Below are positions 51,595-63,860 of a DNA stretch of 64,000 nucleotides, one piece after another. The notes under the pieces are model-generated. The model worked only from the letters and a program-made list of their open reading frames with translations, made no database searches and was not told the origin of the DNA. Source of the DNA: Moniliella sp. 'wahieum' (taxonomy: Eukaryota). Position 1 is the stretch's first letter. The number at the start of each line of letters is the position of its first letter. The position numbers were made by a program, and so were the translations under genes. The stretch spans positions 930,001-994,000 of the forward strand of contig RSEE01000002.1 in assembly GCA_003971905.1 (NCBI GenBank), given 5' to 3'.

Positions 51595-54046
51595 CGCAGC
51601 ACCAAGCTGGGGCGAAGCCCCAGCCGACCGGGCCGTAGGCCCGGTGGTCCTCCTCGTACCCGTTACGCGTTATACGCGTCATATATCATAGAAGCCCTGA
51701 CAGACCTTGACTATCGCGGGTTTACCGGTTACCGGTTACCCCTTTTGTTAGTGATCGAGAGCGTAAGCACGTAAGAGAGGAGGAACTTCAATTGTGTGGT
51801 GTATATAATTGTTGTGCGTGTTCACAGGCTGCTCGCCGGAAGAAATCGATGGGGGCAGTCAGTGGTTACGCCGCCGGTAACGCCGGTTACGTTTCCTCAT
51901 CCCCCCTGTCCAAGTTTTGATCCTATAAAGATTTGTCGAGAGAAGGAGTCCTCAGGCCCTGAGGCCTCAGTCCGCAGTTCTCAGTCCCAGTCCTCAGTCC
52001 TCAGTCCTCAGTCCGTCACATTGAGAAGCATCAAGATAGACCGCACCTCCTCGGGAGCGATAGAGACCAACAGGGATGCGTTCCTACATAAAGATGTGGG
52101 TCCGTGCCAAGAAAACGTCCATGCCTGTGTGGGACGAATGCATAATAAAAGCACAGAAAAGGATGAGAGAGCCATATGTGTTCCTTCTCCTTTTTGTGCA
52201 GAAGTGGATTTGAGAGAAGTTCAATGGCATGTGTAAGGGAATTTAATGTATTACCTCGTTGTTCTGGATGTGGAGGTGGCCCTTACAACCGCACAGACGA
52301 GAACGAGACGTGACAATACTCACGGATTGATGATTTGCAGTTGGAAGGGACCAGCGTCTACAGTTCCCATGAAGTTATGGCACGTTCAGATATTGTGTGA
52401 AGGACGAATGTGGTGTTATGTCATCATTGCAGGCAGTACTCAGGCCCCAAACGACTCAGGCATCAGAAAGTCACGACTCTATACGGCTGGTTCTTCCGGA
52501 GTGTTCCTTGTTAATTGTTCCTGTCAAAGCACTGATTGGTAAATAATGGAATCTCCAACAGTTCAGGACCATCTGACACCCTCCATTCGCTTTCAAACCG
52601 GAAGTAGCGCTTATGGATACGAATGAGCATATGATAGACACATGAGCTGTGAACTATCTTCAATGAGATTCGTCAGTCATTCCAGTGCCCGAACGTCTTG
52701 TTGGCCATGTTGGTGACATGGTATCCGCGCATCATCGACATCATATCACTACCAAATAGAAGATGGCAATTTAATGCTCATTGGTACTTGGAATTCTTTT
52801 GTCGCGCTCGGCTTGCTCCGACAGAGTCGAATCAGCTCCTTTTCCCGCGATGTTCCAAATGCATTGCGGTTCCCTCTCGTGTATATCACCGTATTCCGGT
52901 ATACGCAATCATTGCCAAATTTGGACTGGGTGCGCGTTCAAGCCAAAAGGGTGTGTTCAAGTGATGCCGTTAACCTCATTTACACTTGCTACTATACGAA
53001 AGGAGCGGTACAGGGTACGGAGTTGGAGATCAATCTGAACCTGCTTATCGGCGAGCTCGAGGTACTTGCTGGCCTCGAGGAAAGTCAAGTGTATTAGTTG
53101 AACGCATTGCTGCGCTCGACCACATATTGCTTCCATGGGCTGCCTTAAGCTTCTTTCAATTGGATAGCTCCTGCCGAGTCTTCTCCCACTTCTTTTGAGA
53201 GCTTGCGTTGCGTCGTATGAATGTGTTCGTCGTGTGTATGTCCATGCATGGGGGGGATATAACGAGAGTGGTATAATAAGATGTATAGTCGTTTTTTTTT
53301 TCCTTGGCCGCAGCACGCACGTATGCGTGAAACACAACGTACCAGTAGGGTGAGGGAACCACTTCCTCCCCTTCAAATAGGAAGGTTCATTATATGAGCA
53401 TATCAAAGGGATCGCCCCTCTCTAACATCTGCGGGTTCTTGTCCCCTCCGATACGTCCAAACTATAACATCCGTCAATGCCAAACAGTGCGCAAAAATTA
53501 AACGCACTTCACAGCATACACTTGCAATTCGCGCAGCCGCCATATACATTAGTCGTGAAAGGTGCTCATCATCGGAGTGCGCCCCAGTGGTTTTTTGGGA
53601 TTGTGGGCTTATAGGTATTAATATGCCTGAAGGGAAGACCCGATGACAGATGCCGCGATGACGCCGTGACAGACGGGCGATTCTTAGTATGTCACCCAAT
53701 GGCCAAGCTCGCTCCAAGGACGAAGGCCTTCGGAGCTACGGCCTGGACTGAGCGGAGATCCTTCGAGGCGTGAGAGGCAGCGTCCGGCACGGCAATTTCC
53801 CCTTGGCCGCGACTGCCTGTGGGTGTATCGGTACAACGCTGATAGGCATATCGCACATGCACATGAACCGAGGCCGACTCTTCTGAAGTCGGTCAACCGG
53901 GCTTGGTCCATCATTATGACCGCTTAGGAGTTATGCACCCAAACGTCCTTCAGACAGGTTGTGATTTTATCGCTACCTGGACCCTTTCTAATCGTCTGTG
54001 CTGTCGGACGTGCCACCTGAGCCCTAATGCATGATTGCCTTCATAT

Positions 54047-54287
54047 TGTCACGGGCGAAGACTGACTGGCATGCCCAGGGGAGTGCTTACGAGCTCCCAT
54101 CGTCTTCCTATAACTCCGACCCCAGGTTGTCATCGGGTCAGTTCCGATTTGAACCAATTTCAGACCTCAGCGCCTCAGCTGAGGTTAGTCTGCTCTATCC
54201 AACAATAGAGCGCGCTTCCAGGTTCAACGATGTTCAACTCAGTCAGACTATGGCCAGCGTGCCCGCCAGCGACGTATCCGCGTGACA
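54047..54287 (+). repeat. Candidate 241-bp LTR (TGTCACG...CGTGACA)
   Basis: 7-bp terminal inverted repeat with TG...CA ends, just upstream of a gypsy pol remnant. No TSD and no second matching copy seen. Confidence 0.45.
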
Positions 54288-54589
54288 ATAGTCGCCTTTC
54301 GCCCAAGTGAATTGGTATCCACCGGGTGTACCCAATTTTTTCATTAACTTCCTGTGCGACGATAGTCGCCCCCGTGCCCATTTACCTTTCTAGGTTGCCC
54401 GCGCACGCAACCACCCCTCCTGTTTTCCCTGGATCCCCGTTGTTCCTCTACTGCGTGCGTTGTTTCCTGATTACCCCTGTCCGTAAGCAAAATGAGATTC
54501 GATTCGTGAGTTTCCCTACAGTTCATTGGCGTCTTCCCATATGCTGTCCTCGCCAATTGGATCAACCCAGTACAGGCAACCTCCTCTCT

Positions 54590-56082
54590 TAGTTTCTCCA
54601 CCCTTCGACCAGAACAAGCCTTTTCAGATCGAGTCGGATACAAGCGGCTATGCCGTGGAAGCGGTTTTATTTCAACCTCACGGGGGCGGACAGAGCCCCA
54701 TAGCCCATTGGTCCACTGGGATGCCCACACCCATCGAGCAGCGTTGGGGAGTGGGCGATCAGGAATGTTTCCCCTCATCACGGCGCTCAAGGTTTTCCGG
54801 AATTTGGTGGAATCGGCCCGGGACCTGGAGTTAGTGACCCACCACAAGAATCTTGTGAGCTACAACGACGAGGGTCAGCGCAACCGCCGGCAAGCAAGCT
54901 GTGGTGCGTTTTCTTTCGGTCAACCATTGATGATTTAGCGTCCCGGCTCGAAGAACGGTACTGCGAACGGCCTATCCTGTCGGCCGGATCTGGTGGAACA
55001 AGAAAATGATGGAAGACGCGGCCGACGCGCGGCGTAATGGTGGCGCAAGCAACCTATCCTTCGAGCCTAGTCGGAAGAACATGATGATGAGATATGTGCG
55101 TCCCTCTCGCTGCCCCCCTCGCAGTAGTTGATCCTCACCGATGTCGATGGTCATGCTGGAGAAGTAGAAGCAGCCGAAGAGCCACTACATCAGGACCATT
55201 CGTCCGAAGGCGAAGTGATTGAGGCAATCCAAGAGCTCAGAGAGCACGACGGAGGACACGAGGCCATTGTGAAGCGAGTCGAGAGGAAGACTATGCGCTG
55301 CAGGTCTATGAGGGGCGCGACGGGCCTCTCTACTTCCAGGAGAGGCATATGTGCCCGAATCCGAAGCTCTACGGTACACCTTACTCACGACCACCACGAA
55401 GAAGAGTTCGAGACTGGGCACCAGGGAAGAAAGCGCACGTATGACCCACTGGCGCATTGGTATTGACCGGGAATAGCCTCTGATGTTCCTCGTTACGTAG
55501 AACGTGCTCACTATGCCAAACCGCCAAGAGCTGCCGCCAGCATAATCCCTCAGGTCTACTCTACCCATTGGAGATTCCAGCTCGTCCTTGGTCCAGTTTT
55601 AGTATGGATCACTTCAGGCCCCTGCTGGAGGGAGGACACGGGAGTTTGGGTGAGGTGCTCAATATGGTACCGGTGGTGGTTGATCGGCTGTCCAAGTTGG
55701 TGGTGCCAATCCTCGCAGTTCGAGCCACTCAGCTGGCGGCTTGCTCGAGCGCTTGTCGGTCCATTGTGTCACGGGCGGTGCCCGCCAATCCTCTCCGACT
55801 TTTCCCGAGTATGCTGACGATAGGGTGGTTCACCACGAGGTCCGGGAGGTCCTTGACTCCCGCTGTAAGGGTTGAGGAGGACGTCTTGAGTACTTGAGTG
55901 CCTTTTCCATTTCAAGGGCTACGCTGTCCACGAGCGGGAGTGAGTGCCACTGGTTGCGGATATGTCCCATGAGGCCGATCCGGTTGTCCTTGAAGACGAT
56001 CCTGATTCCGGCGCACGTCGTATTACCTTTACTCGCTTTCCCCAATCCGGGGAAGTGAGGTCTGAAAGGGGGCAATGTCACC
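54590..56082 (+). mobile_element. Decayed Ty3/gypsy (probable chromovirus) pol remnant: RNase H, integrase, chromodomain trace, PPT
   Basis: PFQIESDTSGYAVEAVLFQ, DQE, VTHHKNL, RPGSKN, GHQGRKRTY, PLEIPARPWSSFSMD and VVVDRLSKL. Purine tract GAAAGGGGG at 56064-56072 is followed by TGTCAC. Many stops and frameshifts. Confidence 0.85.
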
Positions 56083-59000
56083 AATTGACGAAGCTCGCTC
56101 CAATTTCCTGCACCTCGCTCTCCCCTTTCCCTTGTGCTGCTGTTCCCTGCACAATGCCTCTTGTTTCTGGAACGTCACACAGAGGGACACGATCTTCCAG
56201 TCACCTAGCTTGGGCTAAAACTCGATCAGCGAGTATTATATTGATTAAGTATCAAGTCGAGCGAAAGAGAGAGGGAAGGAGAGATGTGGTGGCGAAAGGA
56301 AAAGGGAAATGCGCGCAGATGATTTGGCTAGCTGTCTTATCTCCAGCCACGTTGCAACAGCACCCCCACCCCCCCACCCCACCCCTGAAGCTAGCCTAGG
56401 TCTGAGCTGGTGGACCAAAGTCGTCTGGCAAAGGGCGCAGCCAATGTCCGTGGGCAGTCTCGTGCGCCACTTTGCCCCAGCATCAAGCAGGCAGTATTAG
56501 ATCGATATACCAACAGTGGGCCTTCCGATCTGCAGCGGGCGGTCCAGCGAGCCGAGAGCGTACCGACCGATTCCCCTCCATGGTGGACGAGGAGGAGTTG
56601 AACCTTCCTCCCACGAACAATGCACTGTGCTGGTGACTTTTCAGGGGGCAGAGAGCTACAGAAGCCGATGCATCGTCCGTTGCCTTCGGTTCGGTATTGG
56701 GATGTCAGACTATAAACATATGTACCCGAGCACATTTAACCATTTTTAGTGGGGGCGACGAAGCAGACAGCTGCACGGATGGATAGGTAGATCATATAAG
56801 GTGTGGAAAATGGGGAACTTGAATATATAGTTGGGCTGGTGCGTCCAGGGGGAGATGGGGCTGCTGTGGGTTAACAGATATAGGACCTACTTTTGTATGG
56901 AAGTGAGGTGTGAGACCGGCATGAGCCCTGAGGCTCAGGCTGAAGCCTGAGGCTGAGGCCTGAGACCTGAGACACATCCCTGTGCTAATCCTGAAACTGG
57001 GATGATCGATGGAGTTCAAATCGGGACACAGAGTAGGACATGGAAGCGGGAGAATTACTAGTAGAACAATGAGGCCTGAGGGTGGGGGAGAGTAGGGGAG
57101 AGGCAGTGTATACTGGAGTGCTTCCTGTGGCGAGGCACGGGAATAAAAAGGAGGCCGAAACAATTGGAAAGTTCGGGAACCAGGAAACGAATGCATGGAG
57201 TAAGAATAGCATGTGACAAGTGAGAAGGAATTAGTGAGGTTACTAGGATGAGGCCTGAGGCCTGAGGCCTGAGGACGGAGGGGCCTGAGCCCCTGAGGCC
57301 TGAGGGGCCTGAAGATAGAAAATGGGTCGAAGAACCGCGACAGGAATATGTACTGCACACTGGAAAATGCCGCACAAAAGGAAAGAGAGAGAGAAAAACA
57401 GGCTTATCGTGATGCGTAAAACAGCACCCTCTTTCTCACTCCCGCGGACTACGGCTGTTTTGCTCCGGTATACTAGACGTGAGCGCGTGAGAGACCGGCG
57501 TGACCGGCGTGATCGGCGTGATGACGCGCGTGACGCTTCGTTCTCCCAACATGGAGATTGGGAACAATTGCCGTTCAGTTCGTTCTGAGGGCATCGTGCA
57601 TATTTATATGCATCAGTTTCCTTCGGCCTGTTCTATGCCGAGTCTCGTGTAGTCTATCTCTTCTTCTTACATATATATGCACACAGGCCTCAGGGGCCTC
57701 AGGCCTCAGCCTCAGGGCCACTCTGGCATTTGATGTCATTAATCGAATTAATTATTTGTTGTAGTATCCCGCTCTGAGCGCCCATCTGCTGCTACTACCC
57801 TTTACATACCTATGTATCGCCTACCCACGCTAAGTGATCGTCAAGCGGATTGTGCCGCACTGCCCCATGCGATCTTTAAGCTCGCCTTTACTAGTTATAC
57901 TCTCCTCTTCGCGCGGAGCAGATCCATTAAAATCAGACAACGGCAAAGAGTTGTACATATTTATAGGGGACGAATGAGGCAAAAAATATCGCTGTTACAT
58001 GTTATACATAATCAGTATAAAGGAGTCTTGGCGTGGAGTATCCCTTTTTTGGCAACAATGGTGAGTAATTCAGATTGGAAAGATCTTGAGGAGGGACATG
58101 CTCGCACACTCTCAAAATACCACTCGTAAACACTGCACACTGAAGGCGGTTCGTTACGAAGTTCAACGACGAAGGCGAAACAGAGTTTCCAAAACATATC
58201 GCCGTACGACCAGACGATCAAAGAGCTCATAGGCACATACTAACAATCGAACAATCGAAATACGAGCACAAGAGTACAAGATCGTCGCACAGTAGAGGTA
58301 GGGTGATTTTTGCTCATCTATAATCCCCCTTGTGTAAAGTCGCCAGCCACAGTCAGTCGATCAAGAAGAAAATGCATGCTCCCTGCTCTCAAGAAGTGTC
58401 TTTGAACTTTTAAGAGTTACAAGAAAAGAATGGAAAGACCTTGGGGTTCAGCGTCACGTTCCAAGCAAATGAAATGGACCGAGAGATTCACATAGTTATC
58501 GCCTCGCACAGACAAGCTCCACCAAGGAAAAGCAAGTGAGCCCTTCTCTGTTGGATGTCCGACCTGTTATGACGACAGGAATCAGAGTGGTGGCATAGGA
58601 AGACGCGGCCAGCCAGTTTTGAGCCAGAGCCAGATTGCTAAATCGTTTCATGTTCCCTATAGGCGAAGAGGGCGGAGGGATACGGTGGTGGTAAAATCTT
58701 GTCTGGGTCTCTCTTGACAATGATCGGGTAGACAGTATCGGATTTGATTATCTAGTATACTCAGTCAAAGTGTGTATCAAATTGAGGACAAGGCCAGAGC
58801 CAATGAAACAGATCATTGAATGGTTTTGTCCATGGAAAGAGCAGAATGGTGACAGATCGCAGCGCAATAGAAGACCTTACATACAACAGATGCAATTCTG
58901 AGATGTGCGTCCAATACCTATCATGTATCATTGCCCGCGGAATATAGGAATATGCTGTAACACCCCAAATGACTGTGGTGGGGGTACAGGGCGTAGGTAA

Positions 59001-59225
59001 TGTGACAGATGAGAGAGAGCGAGGTAGACGCCGGGAATAGCAAATGAGATGTGGATGTGGACTGGTAGGCAAATCAAACGGCGTATATGGGGAGAAGACA
59101 GTAGAGGAAATGGTGGCATGAATGCGATCAAGATCTGAGAAAGTTGGGGGGATAAAGCAAAGAGGCATATTGCTTAATATATCGCAACGACCTTGTAGCT
59201 TGGTGAATGGGTTTCAACAATATCA

Positions 59226-60298
59226 TCACTCTTGCAAATCAAGGAAGGGAGTCAACTGTCCAGCGCCTTGGCGTTGGAGGTGGACCGAGAGGTCCGTCGG
59301 TTCTGGAGGCAGCAAACGCGTTCGGTCAGCGGGGGGTAGGACGGGTGAACGTTCGGCAAGACAGAACACATACCAGGCGCGACGTAGTTGACTATGGGGA
59401 CAATTTGGATGATGTGGGGGAGTGACTGCCTCTGCGAGGCTAGAGGTGTTTGCACCACCACTGGACGTTGGACGTTGACCACATTAGTATGGAAACCCAA
59501 GAGGAGGAGGGATGCTCACAAGGTAATACGGAAAAGGAGGATTTCCAACAAGTAACGTCCGACGGTCCGAACACTAATTTCGGGAAAGACAAGGAAGATG
59601 CGGTTGATGCCATTCAGGTCTTGGTATCGCTGCGCATTGGTATTGATGGAACCGGCGAGCATGCGAAGCGGGCGCAAGGTTCCCCGAAGCGAAGGAGCCG
59701 CCGGTATACGATGGTCTGTTAGGTTTTCGGGGGGTTGGAGTACGCTGGGTGCATCAGCAGAAACCGAAGGGGAAGGGAGAAGTGTATCGGCGGGTTGACG
59801 ATCTTCTGTGATCAAATTGACAGCACCAACGAGGAAGGGTACGTCATCGGAACTGGCAGGCAAAGTGTGAGCCAACTATCCATCCAAATGGGATGATGCA
59901 TAAGGCGACCTACCCATCAAGCTCTCGGCCAGTATGATCTCTGATCGTAATCTGAGCCACGAGCGGCGGTTGAACTGAGATACGACGGAGCGGATCTGCC
60001 TCGTAGGCTGGGCCAATGGTGGGGCTCTGAAGGATGGTGAGCTCGTACTTGCGGCTGAATGCAGAGGGAAATGAGGAAGCGGCGGCAGGGGGAAAGGCGG
60101 CGGGCGGGGGGGGGGGGGGGGGTCAGTGTCTCTTATCAAACTCTTACAGGTCGCGAAGGGGGAGGCTCACCTCGCATTTTGATCTTCCCAGGGGCGTAGG
60201 AGACGAGTGCGTCTTGGCCGTTGGTCAGTTGATTCGGAGGGGAGGGCGGAGGCACTGGTCGAACCAGCGCTCGCATCTAGTGGATTGGAAGAGCTCAT
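59226..60298 (-). CDS. Velvet-domain regulator, five exons
   Basis: Exons 60298-60171, 60054-59914, 59852-59520, 59460-59374 and 59302-59226, all GT-AG. Reading RKYELTILQSP...RRISVQPPLVAQI...DVPFLV...RMLAGSINTNAQRYQDLNG...FLVFPEISVRTVGRYLL...LAEAVT...PTDLSVHLQRQG. Needs one homopolymer correction in exon 4. Confidence 0.85.
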
Positions 60299-61149
60299 CC
60301 TCACAATGGTCGCAAGAGGAATAGAAGGAGGCGATGGTGGGAAGGTAGGTGGGGAGACGGAGGGCGAATGGAGAAGAGAGGGGGTGGGGGAGTAATGAGT
60401 AATCAAATCCAGATTCGCTACCGCAGTACCGAGCCACAAATGAGGCTTGCGTGGCAGCGGCCTTTGCAGCGAGCAGGCAAGAACAGGGCGCGGTTGAGGC
60501 TGGATGACAGCCACGATAGGGGGTGCGTGCTGGGTAGCTAATAGCCAGCCCTGAGGGCTGAGGAACCGACGGGTATGCTGACGAACTGATGATGGTGGTG
60601 GGAAGGAGGGAACTTTGGTCGCGCACGTTCGGAATCGTTCCGATCGATGAGCGCCCGCGTGGGTAGGATGGATACGTAAATAGGTGTAAATATATATGTA
60701 CACACTGCAGGCATCATCGGCATCAAAAAAAGATGCCACAGCTGCTGCGGATGTGCAAAGCGTGAAGCCAGAGGCGTGCAGCTTACACAGAGAACCGCAC
60801 AGGGGGCATGTGTGGCGTCTTGTGTGCATTGTGCGCCTTAGACTGATCAGTGCAACCAATCACACTACCCACAGGAACTGAGACTCAGTACCCGGTATGC
60901 CCAATATACTCAGACGCAGTCCGAGCTGCAAAGGCTGGCGACAGGCCTCCACCCGTGTTGTTGCCATCGACCATCGCGCATCGCGGGAGGCAACGATCGA
61001 GACTGGGCAGGCGGGAGCAGCGCGGAAGCTCGTAATGCATAACGCCTAAGGGCTATATTATGCGTTGTGGATCGATATGCATCCAAAGACTTTCACCACC
61101 CTGAATAATAGGCATGCAATTGTCGCAGGTCCTATGCCACTAGGAGAAT

Positions 61150-63510
61150 AAGATGAACGTGAACGCGCGCTGCTGAGCCGAGCTGGCACTACTGCTCAGG
61201 CTGAGCGCTGAGCCTCAGCGTTCGCGCCTAAACGTTCAGGTTCTGTTGAACTCAACGTTGAACGTTGAACGTTGTGAACGAATAGTACAGCTCATTTGGC
61301 TCATTTGAGCGCTCAGGCTGAGCACTGAGTGTCGTCGGTATTGAGCCTATTGAGCACTGAGGCTGAGCGCGTGAACGGTGGGAGGGGCTATAAGAGCTGT
61401 GTTGGAATTGCCTTGTCGCAGGTCAAGCTTCAAGGACGATTCAGTTCGGTGCCGACGGCGACATGAATGGTGGCCGGTGGGCACGGCAGCCAGACATCAA
61501 CGCACATCAACGCATCAACGTACCATCTACGTTCAGTTCAACCGTTTAATGTTCAATGTTCATCGTCCGACGTCGATATGCATCAAGGCCACTCAGTCTC
61601 AGTACTCAATATTCAATGGGCCTAAGAACTGAGCCTCGGCCTCATGCATCGTACATCATGCATCATGCATCACATGTCACATGCAACATGCATCGCACAG
61701 CGCTGCGCGCGCAGCGGCTGAGCCGCTCAGGCTCCGTGCGCGCTTAACTGGTAACCGGTAAGCGCTAAGCGGCTCAGCGCTGAAGAAGTCAACAGTTTAC
61801 GCGTTACGTGTTACGAGGCCTGAGGCCCTGACGGCCTGACGCCTGTGGGACGGACCTTAGGCCTTAGGCTTAAGCCTGACGCCTGACGCGTGATGCATGT
61901 GACATTGACATGCAGCATGTGATGCATGTGACCCGGCGACCCGGCGACCGGATCGCTTGAGCTTGAAGTCAAGCTTGAAGCTTGAAGCTAAGCTTGAAGT
62001 TCAAGCTGTTCAAGCTTCAAGCTTCAAGCTCGAAGTGATCGCAGATCTGTCAAGCTTAATTAGATCAATTTCGATCGACCGTGGTATGTATTTGCAGTGC
62101 CTAGTGGGGGGCGCCTGAGGCCTGAGAAGCATTCCACCGTTCAACGTTCAACGTTCAACGTTCATCGATCGTTCATCGATCATCGTACGTTCATCCACCC
62201 ATCTTCTGGTGTCCTCATGCATCATGTCCTCCTGCATCATGCATGCCATGCCATCATGGGGCAGAGGGGCTAGCCTGGAGGCTAGTGGCATGCTGCAAGT
62301 CTCACTGACCGGTGACCGGTGACGTATGACCAACTGATCGATGATGCAATGATGCATGATCGATGATCGATGATCGATGACGCGTGACGCATGGCGCATG
62401 GCGCTCGATGACGTGTGACGTATGACGCGTGACGGGTCATATAGTTATACGAATGTGTCATCATGTGCCACGTGCCACGCGCCACGTGATTATTGGGCCT
62501 GGACCCACGTGATGTGTGACATGTGACGTGTGACGTGTGATGCTTGTGATGCTTGTGGGGAAAGCCAGAGGAGATCGACGAGAGCAACGTGCATGGGACA
62601 CTCCCGTGGAACCTGTGCACCAGGCAATCAATCAATACCTGGCAATTCCCAGTCAAGAGACTCAGCCCAGAGCCCATTCTGGCTGAGCCGGGTGCAACGG
62701 TCAGTTCGCTGGCGCTCAGCTCATACGCTGATGCCGTTGGCGGACTACAGCCTATTACAGCTGCTATAGCATGTGCTACATGCAGCAGGACAGCCCCCAG
62801 CAAGCCCAGATCCATAGCCCGACAGCCTGATGAACATAGGACAGAGAAACTGCACCCCTTTTTCCTGCTAGAGCGCATATGAGCTCTCGGGTTTGTACCG
62901 GGTACCGATTATCGATTCCTAGCTTTACCGGTTTCACCGGTTACCAATGATTAATGAAAGCGGAAACAAGCTAGGTTCTTCTGTCTCTGTTAGTTGAATC
63001 GATAACGTTGTTTGATACAACCTTTCCAGCTTCTGATAATCGATAATCGAGATAATCGACGGTCAGCGAGTTCAGACTTCAATATAAGCTTCAAGCTTCA
63101 GGCCAGGGGCCTGAGGTACTATATACTCAGTAATAGTAGTCATTAAGTCATTAGTCACTACTAGCTTCACGGACGTGTATTGAGCAACTGATTACTATTG
63201 CTGATAGTGCTGATGAGTTCTGGGGGTTTCCTGGGGTACTGAGATCTGAAAGATCTGAGAATCAAGCTTCAAGGCCGGCCCATTCCCTCATCGATCTCAG
63301 ATCTCATGGAGTATCAGTATATCAGGGTCCCAGGGGCATGCGGATTTGCAGCGGACTGTTGAACACATTGACGTTGAGCGCTGAGCACGTACGTTGAGCC
63401 CCCGATTTGGCCCTTTTACTTTTGTTGTGGGCTACAGAACCATGCCACTGTATCGGTATCAAGCTATCAAGCTTCAAGCCTTCAAGCTTCAAGCTTCAAG
63501 CTTCAAGACA
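61150..63510. repeat. Dense field of mixed TNA-(palindrome)-TNA heptamer repeats
   Basis: Runs of AAGCTT, AACGTT, ATGCAT, ATCGAT, ACATGT, AGGCCT, AGCGCT, ACCGGT, ACGCGT and AGATCT at 7-bp period. Confidence 0.9.
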
Positions 63511-63813
63511 CGGCATGTGTGCTACGAGAGTGCCGCAGCCACAGCACAGCCTCTGCCGTCAGCGCGTCAGCGCATCAGTGCGTCTGGCCCCCAGACCCTC
63601 AGACCCAACCCTAACGTCTAAACCTCAGGCCCTCCTCACCTTTGACTTCTCGCCCAAGACTCTCCAGACCCTTCCCCCCTGGTCGGCCGCTAAAGCTTCT
63701 GGCTGGGCTCCCAAAGATCGCCTTATCCCCTAGTAGACTGATAGTCGATCTTTTGCCGATAGGCACCACAACAATATAACTAAGATCGTTAAGATCATCG
63801 ACCATCCTCCCAT

Positions 63814-63860
63814 ATCTCTATTTTGGGACCGTGTCATTGACAGAGCCTAAGGCTGGGACA
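63814..63860 (-). mobile_element. About 47-bp extreme 3'-end fragment of the RLE retrotransposon
   Basis: Reverse complement is tgtcccagccttaggctctgtcaatg + 13 nt + atagagat, the same layout as the other 3' ends. Confidence 0.75.

Larger units (their letters stand above)
47851..51658 (-). mobile_element. Near full-length RLE-type non-LTR retrotransposon, CRE clade (Cnl1/MoTeR-like)
   Basis: Single long ORF with RT and C-terminal endonuclease, 5' UTR with internal repeats, short 3' UTR, no LTRs and no poly(A). Ends are defined by comparison with other copies in the window. Confidence 0.92.

Noticed and set aside
47403..51658. Split direct repeat (A-ORF-B-A-B) DIRS/Ngaro architecture, or a MoTeR2-like mini-element at 47403-47850
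   Set aside because: No tyrosine recombinase or RNase H is present, the two A copies are diverged, and the second B has its own 8-bp TSD, so it is better explained as an independent truncated insertion.
51790..53950. Short ORFs at 52-54 kb (also 4.0-4.6, 13.5-14.1 and 57.8-58.3 kb) as genes
   Set aside because: No recognisable motifs or consistent gene model. They are left unassigned; a translated homology search would be needed.
62335..62380. GATCGA repeats as White Collar light-response elements
   Set aside because: They are one core among many in the general heptamer pattern and occur at unrelated promoters too.
62828..62853. Hammerhead ribozyme core CTGATGA...GAAA
   Set aside because: The intervening bases cannot form stem II and no flanking stems were found. 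Other CTGATGA hits checked also fail.
63595..63630. AACCCTAAC as a telomere
   Set aside because: A single unit within degenerate C-rich sequence, not an array.
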